A DNA stretch of 20,000 nt, from IMG/VR virus record IMGVR_UViG_3300031867_000012. One strand, 5' to 3'. Numbering within the stretch: position 1 is the stretch's first letter; each line of letters begins with the position of its first letter. The notes under the pieces are model-generated. The model was not told where the DNA came from. It saw nothing but the letters and a program-made list of their open reading frames with translations, and did not search any database. This document shows, in pieces, positions 1 to 9,250 of the stretch. Made by a program: the position numbers and the translations under genes. The DNA is from an uncultured virus (IMG/VR IMGVR_UViG_3300031867_000012). Taxonomy: Duplodnaviria > Heunggongvirae > Uroviricota > Caudoviricetes.

Positions 1-1599
1 TTCTGAATTTTCATTATAAATCCAATTAAATCCTTCTGAAGCAAGATGTGAGAAATCAGGATCTTCACCAAGGAAATATTTTACAACTTGTTCTGTAACT
101 TTATCTCCACAGAACTTAAAGTTACATGATTTAATAATATCATTAAGAGTAAGATTATCAAGAATTTCTTTAAATGCCTTTTCAGCATTCTTACCTGATT
201 TACCGGCACCAACACCAAAGAACATATCTTCAGGAGAAATTAGAAGAACATTAAATGGAAGATCTTTCTTTTCCTCACCAAAGAAATCCATTGTTGTTTC
301 ATCTGATTCTCTTTCAATAAATTCAAATATCTCTTTAGCTGTTTGTCCACCTACAGTAGGAATATTTAAAGCAGCAATAGAATTAATAAACTTATATCTA
401 CGTCTATCATTTTCAGAAAGAACAGCCATCAAATGAATATCATCTTCATAATATTCATGATTTGTTGGCATTGGAATTTCTCCGTCTTTATTTTCTTGAG
501 TTACTTTATACATGAAAGGAATAATATCACCAGCAAGACTCATAATAATTTTTGCTCCAATTGTAATTCCTTTTTCTCTCAAATAACCAAGATTATGGCC
601 AGAACATTTAGCAACCATTCTACCATCCATTTCTACTGGTTTTACCCAAATAATAGGAGTATATTCACCGGTCTTACCAAGATTCCAAGTGATATTAGTT
701 ACTTCAGTCTCCTCAAGCATTGGAATGAACTTAATAGCTACACAATCGGAAGGACGACGTTCTGTAGTATTATTAATTCTTTCTTTAGCAATTGGTTTAA
801 TTACAATGCCATCAAGAGCAAACTCACAATTATGTCGATAATTAGAAAAATCTTCATAAACTTTTGCAAAATATTTTGGTGTTTCAATTTTATCATTCTT
901 TCTGTAAAATCCAGGGAATGGTTCACCACAAAATCCTATTTCTGTAAAATCATAATCTATCCATTCACCATCTTCAAATCTACGATAATCATAAATAACT
1001 AAAGATAGATCATTAAGCATACTCATAAAATTTTCATCTTTAGAATCAAAATCTCTATTGAGTATTCCAGAAACAAATGAACGTGGATTAGTAAATTGAT
1101 CTGAATATTTCTTTTCAAAAATATCCTTCTTAATCAATACTTCGCCACGTAAAGTATAATGTCCACCAAATTCTGTTAATTCTTGTGGAATAAATTCAAC
1201 TAAATGATCATATAAATCTCTTCCCCATGATCCATCACCACGAGAAGAAATTGATTGGATTATATCTTCATCAATATCAACTTCAAATGAACACCCATCA
1301 TACTTTGGAGTAATAATAAGATGTTTATTACCAAAGTACTTACGTGCTTCAGTGAAATATTTGTTCCAATCAATATTTCCTTTCTTATCTTTATGAATTT
1401 GAACCTTAGAAATGGAACCCATTACAAAAGGATGTTTGACTGTATAAGATGGGTTATGTTTTGTTCCAACTTCTGCCTTGTTTTCCAACCCAAGTTCCTT
1501 TTCGAGAGTGTCAAACTCAAAGTCAGTCATAATTTCCTGACCATTATAATAAGCTTCCTTAGCTCTGTAATAAAGTTCAAGCTTTTCTTTCTTTGTCAT
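1..1599 (-). CDS. ligA: NAD-dependent DNA ligase (3' end outside window)
   Basis: Manually translated frame from ATG at 1599 (MTKKEKLELYYRAKEAYYNGQEIMTDFEFD...), open to base 1. LigA motifs: YY..G....D.EFD, H...MGSISK, TPKYDG, SRGDG, RGEV, NPRSFVSG, LDGIVIK, VAIKF, W.LGKTG.YTP, AGDIIP. Not listed in the ORF track. Confidence 0.95.
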   Translation of the reverse strand, partial: MTKKEKLELYYRAKEAYYNGQEIMTDFEFDTLEKELGLENKAEVGTKHNPSYTVKHPFVMGSISKVQIHKDKKGNIDWNKYFTEARKYFGNKHLIITPKYDGCSFEVDIDEDIIQSISSRGDGSWGRDLYDHLVEFIPQELTEFGGHYTLRGEVLIKKDIFEKKYSDQFTNPRSFVSGILNRDFDSKDENFMSMLNDLSLVIYDYRRFEDGEWIDYDFTEIGFCGEPFPGFYRKNDKIETPKYFAKVYEDFSNYRHNCEFALDGIVIKPIAKERINNTTERRPSDCVAIKFIPMLEETEVTNITWNLGKTGEYTPIIWVKPVEMDGRMVAKCSGHNLGYLREKGITIGAKIIMSLAGDIIPFMYKVTQENKDGEIPMPTNHEYYEDDIHLMAVLSENDRRRYKFINSIAALNIPTVGGQTAKEIFEFIERESDETTMDFFGEEKKDLPFNVLLISPEDMFFGVGAGKSGKNAEKAFKEILDNLTLNDIIKSCNFKFCGDKVTEQVVKYFLGEDPDFSHLASEGFNWIYNENSE

Positions 1600-1617
1600 A
1601 TTATATATTTTTAATAT

Positions 1618-1773
1618 TTACTCAGTATAATATGTATCAATAATTTGTTGGTCCATTACTATTTCAACGGTATCATCATCGATTTTTGGTATATTTCTAT
1701 ATTTATGATCAAGATAACCACAAAATAATATAATTGAAATTATTAAAATGATTCTCCAAATTAAATTCTTCAT
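1618..1773 (-). CDS. small membrane protein, 51 aa (MKNLIWRIILIISIIIFCGYLD...)
   Basis: Manually found ORF just downstream of the promoter-like motif at 1792-1830; N-terminal hydrophobic helix. Confidence 0.7.
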   Translation of the reverse strand: MKNLIWRIILIISIILFCGYLDHKYRNIPKIDDDTVEIVMDQQIIDTYYTE

Positions 1774-1791
1774 ATTATATTGTTTATTTAA

Positions 1792-1830
1792 TTACATAAT
1801 TAAAATAGACAATAAATTAAAAAATTCAAT
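1792..1830 (-). promoter_or_regulatory. conserved phage promoter-like motif, copy 1
   Basis: Minus strand ATTGAATTTTTTAATTTATTGTCTATTTTAATTATGTAA, matching the other copies. Confidence 0.7.
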
Positions 1831-1860
1831 TTATTTTTAATTAAATAAAATTTAAATAAA

Positions 1861-2376
1861 ATGAAAAGTGTTTCTGAATATATCGATGAATCCTTTAAAT
1901 CATCCATTATGAATTTTTTTAGTAAATTATTTAAAAAAGAAAATAAAGATGATAATAAAACAAAAGAAAATGAATATGAAATAAAAATTAAAGGATCTTT
2001 AGATAATCAAACAATTAAATTAAATAAAGATGAATTATATAATAGTATAAAGAAATTATCAGAAACTAATAATATCAAAAACTTTATTTTTATTCTTTGT
2101 GAAATGGAAACTGCTGATGATGTTTCAAGACCATATGTATATAAATATAAAGAAATGAAAAATAAAGAAATTATATTATCTAAATGGGATTGTAAAAATT
2201 TGAATGAAATAAAAAATAATATTGATCAATTCATAAAAGATTTAGAAAATATTAAAGAAGAAGAATTAATCATAAATATTAATAAAGAAGCTTATAGATT
2301 TAATGATTCTAAAGTTGTATTAGAACGTTTTAATATGACAGATTTTGTTTGTGTATTAGTAAGTTTCTTTGTATAA
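1861..2376 (+). CDS. hypothetical protein with capsid-targeting-like N-terminus
   Basis: 171-aa ORF, the only convincing plus-strand gene; begins MKSVSEYIDE; followed by a hairpin terminator. Confidence 0.8.
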   Translation: MKSVSEYIDESFKSSIMNFFSKLFKKENKDDNKTKENEYEIKIKGSLDNQTIKLNKDELYNSIKKLSETNNIKNFIFILCEMETADDVSRPYVYKYKEMKNKEIILSKWDCKNLNEIKNNIDQFIKDLENIKEEELIININKEAYRFNDSKVVLERFNMTDFVCVLVSFFV

Positions 2377-2380
2377 ACAT

Positions 2381-2410
2381 AAAAATGGAGAGGTTTGCAC
2401 CTCTCCTTTA
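2381..2410. terminator. bidirectional intrinsic terminator
   Basis: GGAGAGG-tttgca-CCTCTCC hairpin flanked by A and T runs, between convergent genes. Confidence 0.8.
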
Positions 2411-2435
2411 TTCATTATTTATGTATTTACTTTGA

Positions 2436-2909
2436 TTATGATTTAACAATCCAATCGGCTGCACTAGTTACAAGTGGACAAAGTGTCTTATATCGAACTT
2501 CATAACCCATACTTTCAACCCAACCTTTAGCAGTTTGATAAACCTCATTTGATTTAAACTTTGGGTTTGGATTAATATCAATATCAATATAATTAATTCT
2601 ATTGATACCTGCATTTTTTAGATTTTCCGCAATCTCAAGACTCATTTCTACCTCATGAAGAAGACGAATACTTCTTATTGTTTCTTTCTTTTCGTGCCAC
2701 TTCCTATAAATACAATGTGCACCATGACCAGGATTATACATTGCAATTACTGTTGAATATGTTGTCTTACGGCCTTTATTTTGTGAGTCAGTACCTATTA
2801 TAAGCTCAATATTATCATTTTTATGTTTGTCAAGGTAATCCTTAACATATGTTGTTACATCACTAAGAATTTCTGAATTAAACTTCTTAAACTGTATATC
2901 TGCAATCAT
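2436..2909 (-). CDS. RNase H-like YkuK (DUF458) family protein
   Basis: IIGTDSQ, RLLHEV..SLEIA, IDIDIN and C-terminal AAD motifs typical of the family. Confidence 0.8.
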   Translation of the reverse strand: MIADIQFKKFNSEILSDVTTYVKDYLDKHKNDNIELIIGTDSQNKGRKTTYSTVIAMYNPGHGAHCIYRKWHEKKETIRSIRLLHEVEMSLEIAENLKNAGINRINYIDIDINPNPKFKSNEVYQTAKGWVESMGYEVRYKTLCPLVTSAADWIVKS

Positions 2910-2911
2910 TT

Positions 2912-3055
2912 TTAAATGTTATTTATTAATATTTTTGTTATTAAAAATGCTATCATTATGATAACTATAATAATTTTTATCCATTCTATTTTTGGATTAT
3001 CAGGAAAATTTACTATATTTCCCGTCTTTAAATCACGAACTGCTAAATTTCCCAT
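2912..3055 (-). CDS. small membrane protein, 47 aa
   Basis: Manual translation MGNLAVRDLKTGNIVNFPDNPKIEWIKIIIVIIMIAFLITKILINNI; fills the gap and has a C-terminal hydrophobic helix. Confidence 0.6.
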   Translation of the reverse strand: MGNLAVRDLKTGNIVNFPDNPKIEWIKIIIVIIMIAFLITKILINNI

Positions 3056-3263
3056 TGTCTATCTTTTTATCTATTTTTTCATTATATCTTATATCCCATT
3101 CAGAGAGATTTCTCCATTTATCTATAATAAGATAATTCTTGCACCACTCTTTGTAAGAAACTAACCATTTATGATTTTTCCCATCATTAAGTTCTACCTT
3201 ATTTATATTACAAGCAAAACTATAATTAAAATACTTGTCATTAATTAAATTCTTACAAATCAT
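3033..3263 (-). CDS. hypothetical protein
   Basis: 76-aa ORF directly downstream of promoter copy 2. Confidence 0.6.
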   Translation of the reverse strand: MICKNLINDKYFNYSFACNINKVELNDGKNHKWLVSYKEWCKNYLIIDKWRNLSEWDIRYNEKIDKKIDNGKFSSS

Positions 3264-3285
3264 AATTATATTATCTCTTATTTAA

Positions 3286-3324
3286 ATACATAAATAATAT
3301 AGTAAATCAAATAAAAAATTCAAT
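3286..3324 (-). promoter_or_regulatory. conserved phage promoter-like motif, copy 2
   Basis: Minus strand ATTGAATTTTTTATTTGATTTACTATATTATTTATGTAT. Confidence 0.75.
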
Positions 3325-3336
3325 TTATATTTAATA

Positions 3337-3364
3337 AAAATGGAGAACTTTTTATTGTTCTCCA
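3337..3364 (-). terminator. intrinsic terminator
   Basis: TGGAGAAC/GTTCTCCA stem followed by a U-run on the minus strand. Confidence 0.6.
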
Positions 3365-3903
3365 GATTTCATACTTTCTAATTTCTTTAATATAATTGGA
3401 ATCATTTTATCTACTGCATCTCTTGATTCCACTTCTATATATTCTAAATTATATTTATTATACGTTTCTTTTATAATTTTATCTAATTCTTTAGATTGTT
3501 TCAAATTATGTATTCTCCCATAATCCTCAAATTCAATATTTCCACGTTTAATAAAAAAATCTAAATTAACAAATTTCTTATATTCTGAAATTATTAATGT
3601 ATCAAATTCTGGATTTTCTCCTTGTTTATATATAATATTATTGATAAAAGATCCATCATGAACAATACAATCCACTTTTCCTAATTTATTTGAAATTGAA
3701 TAATGTTCCATACCAAAAATAGGTATTTGATTGATCGGCATTGTTTGATTTTCTTCATATATACGTTCTTTAATATATTCCGAAACTAATTCACAATGTA
3801 CTCCCATTTTCTTAAGTCTTGCAAACAATTCAGCCGCTACTGTGGATTTTCCACTACAGGGCCCACCAATTAAATTAATAACTAAAGTGCTATTATAATC
3901 CAT
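3352..3903 (-). CDS. P-loop NTPase / nucleotide kinase-like (NadR/AAA_28-like)
   Basis: Walker A GGPCSGKST, VSEY, Walker B-like CIVHDG, GRIH. Confidence 0.8.
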   Translation of the reverse strand: MDYNSTLVINLIGGPCSGKSTVAAELFARLKKMGVHCELVSEYIKERIYEENQTMPINQIPIFGMEHYSISNKLGKVDCIVHDGSFINNIIYKQGENPEFDTLIISEYKKFVNLDFFIKRGNIEFEDYGRIHNLKQSKELDKIIKETYNKYNLEYIEVESRDAVDKMIPIILKKLESMKSGEQ

Positions 3904-3926
3904 TTCATCTCTATATCATATTTTTA

Positions 3927-4283
3927 TTATTCATTAATATAATTAACTTTTACGAAAAACATATTTTTAATTTTTTCAAATGTATTAATAACTCTATTAT
4001 AATATCCTTGTGCAAAATTAGATCTAATACCCGGAAAATATTTAACAATTTCTTTCTTTACCTTCTGAGGAACAAACAAATCAAATGTCTTACTATTTAT
4101 TAAATCAAACATCTGATTCATATATACTTCTACAATATACTTAATCTCATCTTTACTATAATAACCATTCATTTTCTCATAAATCTTATTGTATTTAATA
4201 AGACCGTTTAATGATAAATCATAATCATGAGTTAATTGATTATATATCGATAAATTGAATATATTTAAAGTATTTTTACTCAT
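3927..4283 (-). CDS. hypothetical protein
   Basis: 118-aa ORF in the minus-strand gene run. Confidence 0.7.
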   Translation of the reverse strand: MSKNTLNIFNLSIYNQLTHDYDLSLNGLIKYNKIYEKMNGYYSKDEIKYIVEVYMNQMFDLINSKTFDLFVPQKVKKEIVKYFPGIRSNFAQGYYNRVINTFEKIKNMFFVKVNYINE

Positions 4284-4293
4284 ACAGAAATTA

Positions 4294-4395
4294 ACACAGG
4301 GACATTTATTTGTTAATAAGTATATAATTTTATTAATTATCTATAAAAATTAACCTGAGTGTCCCAGGCGACTTCCTGTGATAATCAGGTTAATT
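4294..4395 (-). ncRNA. putative structured (pseudoknotted) intergenic RNA
   Basis: 11-bp stem AATTAACCTGA/TCAGGTTAATT whose loop segments CACAG and GGACA are complementary to downstream TGTCCCTGTG. Confidence 0.45.
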
Positions 4396-4593
4396 ATTCT
4401 TACTGGTATATTCTGAAAATTTCTTTAAATGGTACTGAATAGGTTCATTTACATAAATTCTATCTTGAAATTCAGGACAATAATTATTTTGTGAAGCTTT
4501 ATTCAATTTCCACATCTTACCATCACATCCTTTATTGAATTTCTGACAAAAATTACAAATATCATTAGTTTGGTATTTGTTTAGATAATTCAT
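4390..4593 (-). CDS. small Cys-rich hypothetical protein
   Basis: 67 aa with CxxC...C...C. Confidence 0.65.
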   Translation of the reverse strand: MNYLNKYQTNDICNFCQKFNKGCDGKMWKLNKASQNNYCPEFQDRIYVNEPIQYHLKKFSEYTSKNN

Positions 4594-4639
4594 AAAAGTT
4601 AAAATATATTAATTTAATATAGAATTTTATAATAATAAA

Positions 4640-5269
4640 TTATAAATCTTCATATAATAAAGTAATATGATTCTTTTTTATTTCTGGGGCATCTAAACCT
4701 TGTTCAATACATAAATTCTCAAATTTTATTGTATTGAATGGGTGAGTAATAATATGTACACCTGATTTTGTTGGCAAACATATTACAATTACCTTTTCAA
4801 ATTTACTATCACAAGATTCAATGAATTCACAATATTTTTTTAATCTTTCATCATCAATATTCATTTCATCTACATCAAGAATCCATCTCTTCTCTTTACC
4901 ATCAAGACCGCCATTAACTGAGTCACAAAACCTCCATGGTTTCTTGAATTCTCCTGTGGCTACCATCTCAGCATATTTCAAAAGGGTCTTTTTTGAAAGT
5001 TCAATCTTTGATTTTGCATTTACACTAATATAAGCACGCAAACCAAATAGCTTACAACATGTCTTGATTTCATCAATATATCTATCAAATAACTCAATAG
5101 AATCTATATAATATTGTTTGAATGTATAGTTAGCTGCAGGAAGATTTGGATGGTCCTTGCCTCTACGTACTAAAGATACATCAAAATACAAATCTTTCCT
5201 ATACATTTGCTTGACAGGAATACCTAGATCAAGCATATATTGTCTCATTGTTAAAATATTATCTGTCAT
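4640..5269 (-). CDS. hypothetical protein with AEP/PrimPol-like motifs
   Basis: WILDVD (hhhDxD) and TKSGVH (sxH) resemble AEP motifs I and II. Confidence 0.6.
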   Translation of the reverse strand: MTDNILTMRQYMLDLGIPVKQMYRKDLYFDVSLVRRGKDHPNLPAANYTFKQYYIDSIELFDRYIDEIKTCCKLFGLRAYISVNAKSKIELSKKTLLKYAEMVATGEFKKPWRFCDSVNGGLDGKEKRWILDVDEMNIDDERLKKYCEFIESCDSKFEKVIVICLPTKSGVHIITHPFNTIKFENLCIEQGLDAPEIKKNHITLLYEDL

Positions 5270-5273
5270 ATAT

Positions 5274-5576
5274 TTAATAATTTAATATATTTTGTTTAAA
5301 CAATACAATATCAGAATTGCTTCTCCAAGCTTTAGTTAATTTCTTGGTAAAAGTAAGTTTATCTCCATTTTTTTGTTCCCATTTTTTCTTGTTACAATAA
5401 AGTCTACCATCCCAATATTCTACAAGAACTTCACAATGAAAATAATCACCACGTTGCCATGCATCTCTAAAATCCTTGACAACTGCTTTACGATATGATG
5501 CATCTGTCTTTGGTACTAAAACCAATATCTCATCACCAACTTCAATCTTATTACCTACATTATCAAAATATTCCAT
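5274..5576 (-). CDS. hypothetical protein (SH3/KOW-like start)
   Basis: 100 aa; D..G.KIEVGDEI pattern. Confidence 0.7.
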   Translation of the reverse strand: MEYFDNVGNKIEVGDEILVLVPKTDASYRKAVVKDFRDAWQRGDYFHCEVLVEYWDGRLYCNKKKWEQKNGDKLTFTKKLTKAWRSNSDIVLFKQNILNY

Positions 5577-5579
5577 AAT

Positions 5580-5831
5580 TTAATATTCTGTACTTAATTT
5601 AACATTATCATATTCTTTAATAAATTCATCTGCTGACATCCTATCCATATCCCAATCACCAGGATATAAATTACCATCTTCGTCTTCATAATCACCAAGA
5701 AAATGCCAATATTCAATTATATTAGAATAAGAACCCCATATTACATAGTTACCATATTCATCAACATATAATCTTTTATCAGGATTATTTACCAACCAGT
5801 TAAGAGCTTCTTTTGAATTATTAAATTTCAT
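5580..5831 (-). CDS. hypothetical acidic protein
   Basis: 83 aa; ATGA overlap with the upstream gene. Confidence 0.7.
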   Translation of the reverse strand: MKFNNSKEALNWLVNNPDKRLYVDEYGNYVIWGSYSNIIEYWHFLGDYEDEDGNLYPGDWDMDRMSADEFIKEYDNVKLSTEY

Positions 5832-6079
5832 TTTTTATTAACTTTAATCAAATAAACATTCTTCCAATTAATTTTATAAGACTTTTTAAGTTTAATCTCT
5901 TTATTTGATCTATAACCAATATCAGGGATTATTACTATCTTATCATCACCTTTCTTATCTTTATTGAACCCAACAACGTGCCCATAAATTCGACATTGAG
6001 AAGTCAAACATAATACAGTTGAACCTAATACCAATTCATGTCCAAGACTATCATAGTAATTTTCAAATAAAGTACTCAT
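5828..6079 (-). CDS. hypothetical protein
   Basis: 83 aa; directly downstream of promoter copy 3. Confidence 0.7.
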   Translation of the reverse strand: MSTLFENYYDSLGHELVLGSTVLCLTSQCRIYGHVVGFNKDKKGDDKIVIIPDIGYRSNKEIKLKKSYKINWKNVYLIKVNKK

Positions 6080-6091
6080 ATCTTTCTTAAT

Positions 6092-6130
6092 TTACATAAA
6101 TAATATAGTAAATCAAATTAAAAATTCAAT
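6092..6130 (-). promoter_or_regulatory. conserved phage promoter-like motif, copy 3
   Basis: Minus strand ATTGAATTTTTAATTTGATTTACTATATTATTTATGTAA. Confidence 0.75.
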
Positions 6131-6141
6131 TTATATATAAC

Positions 6142-6174
6142 AAAAAATCCACCTACTTTCACAAGCAAGTGGAT
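6142..6174 (-). terminator. intrinsic terminator after the RNA ligase gene
   Basis: Minus strand ATCCACTTGCTT-GTGA-AAGTAGGTGGAT-TTTTT. Confidence 0.8.
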
Positions 6175-6198
6175 CTATTATAAAATAACCCCTAATTT

Positions 6199-7047
6199 TT
6201 ATTTTTGATAATTCTCATTCTTAGGTTGATCAACCTTTTCATCAGTACCATAAACATTACGATACTTCTGAAAATCTTCATACTTAACCTTTACAATAAG
6301 TCGCTTACCCATACGATTACGAAGACCTAAATCAGTACGAAGAACAAGACCTTCAGCCATCTTTGCATTCGGATTCTCGGCAACCTTAGAACGGAAGCCC
6401 TTACGAACAAAATCAATTGCTTCATCAAGAGTAAAGTAACCAATCAATGGTACAATAGGTGCCCCAAGCTTAGTTGCAATCTCATCACGAGCAGAAGTCA
6501 AAAGATAAATGTCATTTACTTTAACATCAAATACAATAAACTCATTTCCATCTTTGATATACCAACTACCAGACTGGATTCCTGCTCCATAACCTTCACC
6601 ATAAATAGTATAAATATTAGGTATAACATCATAATTAGGTGTTACCCCATCTTCCATAACCCACTTATGATCAACAAACTCTTCTACAGGAATAAACTCT
6701 TTAAGACCAAGTGATGCAAGTACTTTTTCATTTGGGTACTTCTCTTGCATATGCTTAAGCAAATTCTTTGGAATCTGGGCATTATCTGTCTTTCCAGCAA
6801 TACGTACATTAAACTGTACACCAATAAGTTTTACTTCAGGATTATCCTCATAAATTGGCTGCTTAGTAACCTCAATACGGATATTTGTTCCGTCCACTTT
6901 TTCTTCCCCGCGCCACTTCAAACCACGAAGATAGTTGAACTCAGGCTCAACAAATGGCTCATAAGGCATAATGACATTCTTTGCATCACGCATGAAGATA
7001 GTGTTAATCTTCTGATAAGTGTTCTCGCTTCTTTTCTGTTTTCCCAT
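6199..7047 (-). CDS. ATP-dependent RNA ligase (Rnl2-like nucleotidyltransferase)
   Basis: Motif I EKVDGTN, III IYGEGYG, IIIa FIVFDV, IV EGLVLR, V VKVKYEDF; no OB domain. Confidence 0.85.
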   Translation of the reverse strand: MGKQKRSENTYQKINTIFMRDAKNVIMPYEPFVEPEFNYLRGLKWRGEEKVDGTNIRIEVTKQPIYEDNPEVKLIGVQFNVRIAGKTDNAQIPKNLLKHMQEKYPNEKVLASLGLKEFIPVEEFVDHKWVMEDGVTPNYDVIPNIYTIYGEGYGAGIQSGSWYIKDGNEFIVFDVKVNDIYLLTSARDEIATKLGAPIVPLIGYFTLDEAIDFVRKGFRSKVAENPNAKMAEGLVLRTDLGLRNRMGKRLIVKVKYEDFQKYRNVYGTDEKVDQPKNENYQK

Positions 7048-7125
7048 AATTTTTAATTTTTTAATGTTTTTACTACTAATTTGTTTTCGATCCTATATAG
7101 CTCAGTAGCAGAACATTATTTATTG

Positions 7126-7365
7126 TTAATAACTTTCACACATTTCAGTATAACATTCAATAGAATAAATAGAAGGCCAAAATCCTTGATATTTTCTATA
7201 CCACTTTGCATACAAGAAACAATGTGCCATATCACCTTCATAAAGGATTTTTGTAGTACTATCAAAAACTACATATTTACCTGACTTAGATTCCAACTGA
7301 AGTTCAAAATCATCTTCTATCAAAGTTTCAAAAAACTTATCTGAATTATTTGAAGGATTAAACAT
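7126..7365 (-). CDS. hypothetical protein
   Basis: 79 aa, downstream of promoter copy 4. Confidence 0.7.
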   Translation of the reverse strand: MFNPSNNSDKFFETLIEDDFELQLESKSGKYVVFDSTTKILYEGDMAHCFLYAKWYRKYQGFWPSIYSIECYTEMCESY

Positions 7366-7381
7366 ATTATTTATTTATTAG

Positions 7382-7420
7382 TTACATAAATAATATAGAC
7401 ATATTTTTAAAAAATTCAAT
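7382..7420 (-). promoter_or_regulatory. conserved phage promoter-like motif, copy 4
   Basis: Minus strand ATTGAATTTTTTAAAAATATGTCTATATTATTTATGTAA. Confidence 0.75.
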
Positions 7421-7903
7421 TCAAGTTGGATAAATTTGTGCTGATTGTTTCCAAGTTAACTTATCATAGAAGAAAAGTATTCTCTTAGTTGGTGCATTTT
7501 CAAAAGCTGATACTTTGGCAAATCCTAAATGTTTCATTGCAAAATATTCTTCTTGGAAAGTACCTTGTGGTTTATGATCATAGAATGAGGCAGGCACTTT
7601 CAAATATTCATCAAGATATTCCTTCAATACAATTTGCCTGATAATTCCTTCGTGCTCACATTGGTTGCAGGAATAAACTTTTCCATCTATATCTATATAT
7701 CCAACCCATGGAAACTTTTCACTTAATTCATTTTGATTAGGAATATCAAAGAAATTATTAAATTTATATGCTAGTTCATTATATTTCCTTTCCCATTCAT
7801 CTGCTTTATCTTGATAATAAGGTAAATAATCACTATCATCATAAGGTACATTAAAATGCAACTCATGTTGATGATTAAGCAGTCTTTCTAATTTTGTAAT
7901 CAT
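7421..7903 (-). CDS. hypothetical protein
   Basis: 160 aa; ATGA overlap with the upstream gene. Confidence 0.75.
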   Translation of the reverse strand: MITKLERLLNHQHELHFNVPYDDSDYLPYYQDKADEWERKYNELAYKFNNFFDIPNQNELSEKFPWVGYIDIDGKVYSCNQCEHEGIIRQIVLKEYLDEYLKVPASFYDHKPQGTFQEEYFAMKHLGFAKVSAFENAPTKRILFFYDKLTWKQSAQIYPT

Positions 7904-8238
7904 AACTCAAAACTTTCGATAATTTCACATTTACATTTATTGCCATAATTAACTTCATGCCAATCTTTGATATACTTTTTCATTTCATCTAAAGTATGTG
8001 TTGTATGTTGGATTCTTTCTCCTTCATAACCATATTCATGTCCTACTTTATGCCAGAATCCAAATATACGACCTTTACGTTTTACTTCATACCATTCACT
8101 TTGTTCAATTGAAGTAGATTCTGGTACATATTGTCTACTAATTGGAAATTTACCTGAAGGTATAACCTTTAAGGATTTAGAATATTTTTTAATTATTTTA
8201 TATTTCATAATCTTTATCTTCAAAAAATATTTCTTCAA
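7900..8238 (-). CDS. hypothetical protein (start may be the internal ATG at 8208)
   Basis: ORF track; the MKYKII start would reduce overlap with the upstream gene. Confidence 0.7.
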   Translation of the reverse strand: MKKYFLKIKIMKYKIIKKYSKSLKVIPSGKFPISRQYVPESTSIEQSEWYEVKRKGRIFGFWHKVGHEYGYEGERIQHTTHTLDEMKKYIKDWHEVNYGNKCKCEIIESFEL

Positions 8239-8515
8239 TTATTATTATGCCTTTACAATTTTGAAGTGTTTCTTCATCTTCCCATGCTTTTATATTAAAT
8301 ATAATTTGACTATTATCTATTGTTCTTATCAAATTTTCTGGGATGATATTAAGTGATGGGTCTTGAAGATTACACCATTTTGTTATATCTTCAAGAATTA
8401 TTTCCATTCTTTCTTGACCTTTATCTTTTGAGTGATAATAGAAAGGGCCCCATGTAAGCATTGTCTCATTTGGGTAAATTATATTTCCTTCTACTTTATA
8501 GTTTCTTTTATTCAT
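8198..8515 (-). CDS. hypothetical protein
   Basis: 105 aa in a tight operon. Confidence 0.7.
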   Translation of the reverse strand: MNKRNYKVEGNIIYPNETMLTWGPFYYHSKDKGQERMEIILEDITKWCNLQDPSLNIIPENLIRTIDNSQIIFNIKAWEDEETLQNCKGIIIIEEIFFEDKDYEI

Positions 8516-8525
8516 ATAATTATCT

Positions 8526-8798
8526 TTATGATTGAATATAATTAATTAATTTATTATAATTATCTAACCATTCTTGAGATTCTTGATAAGATTTAAGTAT
8601 ATCATTAAATTCTGGATCTGTCTCGTCTAATATCCACTCCTTTTTATAAATACTACTTAATGAAAAATGAGAACCTTTCATATGGTTTTCAGTTTCATCT
8701 TGAATATTATCAATTTCTTCAGCACTAGTACCTATATATTCTTGAGTAATATCCGAATAATATGGATCAATTGCAATGTATTTTATAATTCTTTTCAT
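8526..8798 (-). CDS. hypothetical protein
   Basis: 90 aa; ATGA overlap. Confidence 0.7.
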   Translation of the reverse strand: MKRIIKYIAIDPYYSDITQEYIGTSAEEIDNIQDETENHMKGSHFSLSSIYKKEWILDETDPEFNDILKSYQESQEWLDNYNKLINYIQS

Positions 8799-9250
8799 AT
8801 CTCTTCTACTTTTAATCTAACTGTCATTCGATGCCTATCACCTTTTTTATGTATAACTATTTCTTCAAGAGTTTTATTGTCAAATGAAGTAAAATCTTCA
8901 TTAAAGAATCTATAATTATCTATAACATATGGGAAACACATATTATATAATTTAATATTATGTTGTATACATCCTATTCTTAATGATCCATCATCTTCCC
9001 ATGTAATTACACCAAAATAATCTATACAATTCTCGTCATAATTCTTATCTTTAAATTTATCTTTTAAAAGAACATCTTCTTCTATAATAGTTAATTTACA
9101 ATTAATAACATTTTCTGGTTTCTCCCCATATATATTAGCATGTTTTTTAGATATCCCAAATGCCCTATAATAAACTTCACCTGTTTTTGATAACCGTTTT
9201 GCACATGTTGTTATTAATGTTGTTCCTATTCTATAATTATCAATCTTCAT
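8795..9250 (-). CDS. hypothetical protein
   Basis: 151 aa in a tight operon. Confidence 0.75.
   Translation of the reverse strand: MKIDNYRIGTTLITTCAKRLSKTGEVYYRAFGISKKHANIYGEKPENVINCKLTIIEEDVLLKDKFKDKNYDENCIDYFGVITWEDDGSLRIGCIQHNIKLYNMCFPYVIDNYRFFNEDFTSFDNKTLEEIVIHKKGDRHRMTVRLKVEEI

Noticed and set aside
433..1614. Plus-strand ORFs 433..1002 and 1321..1614
   Set aside because: Antisense shadows of the ligA frame with no recognisable motifs.
4292..4395. Twister, HDV-like ribozyme or ZTP riboswitch
   Set aside because: Only fragments resemble them (TAACAC, GTCCCAGGC, TCGCCTGGG); the required partner motifs and their order are missing.
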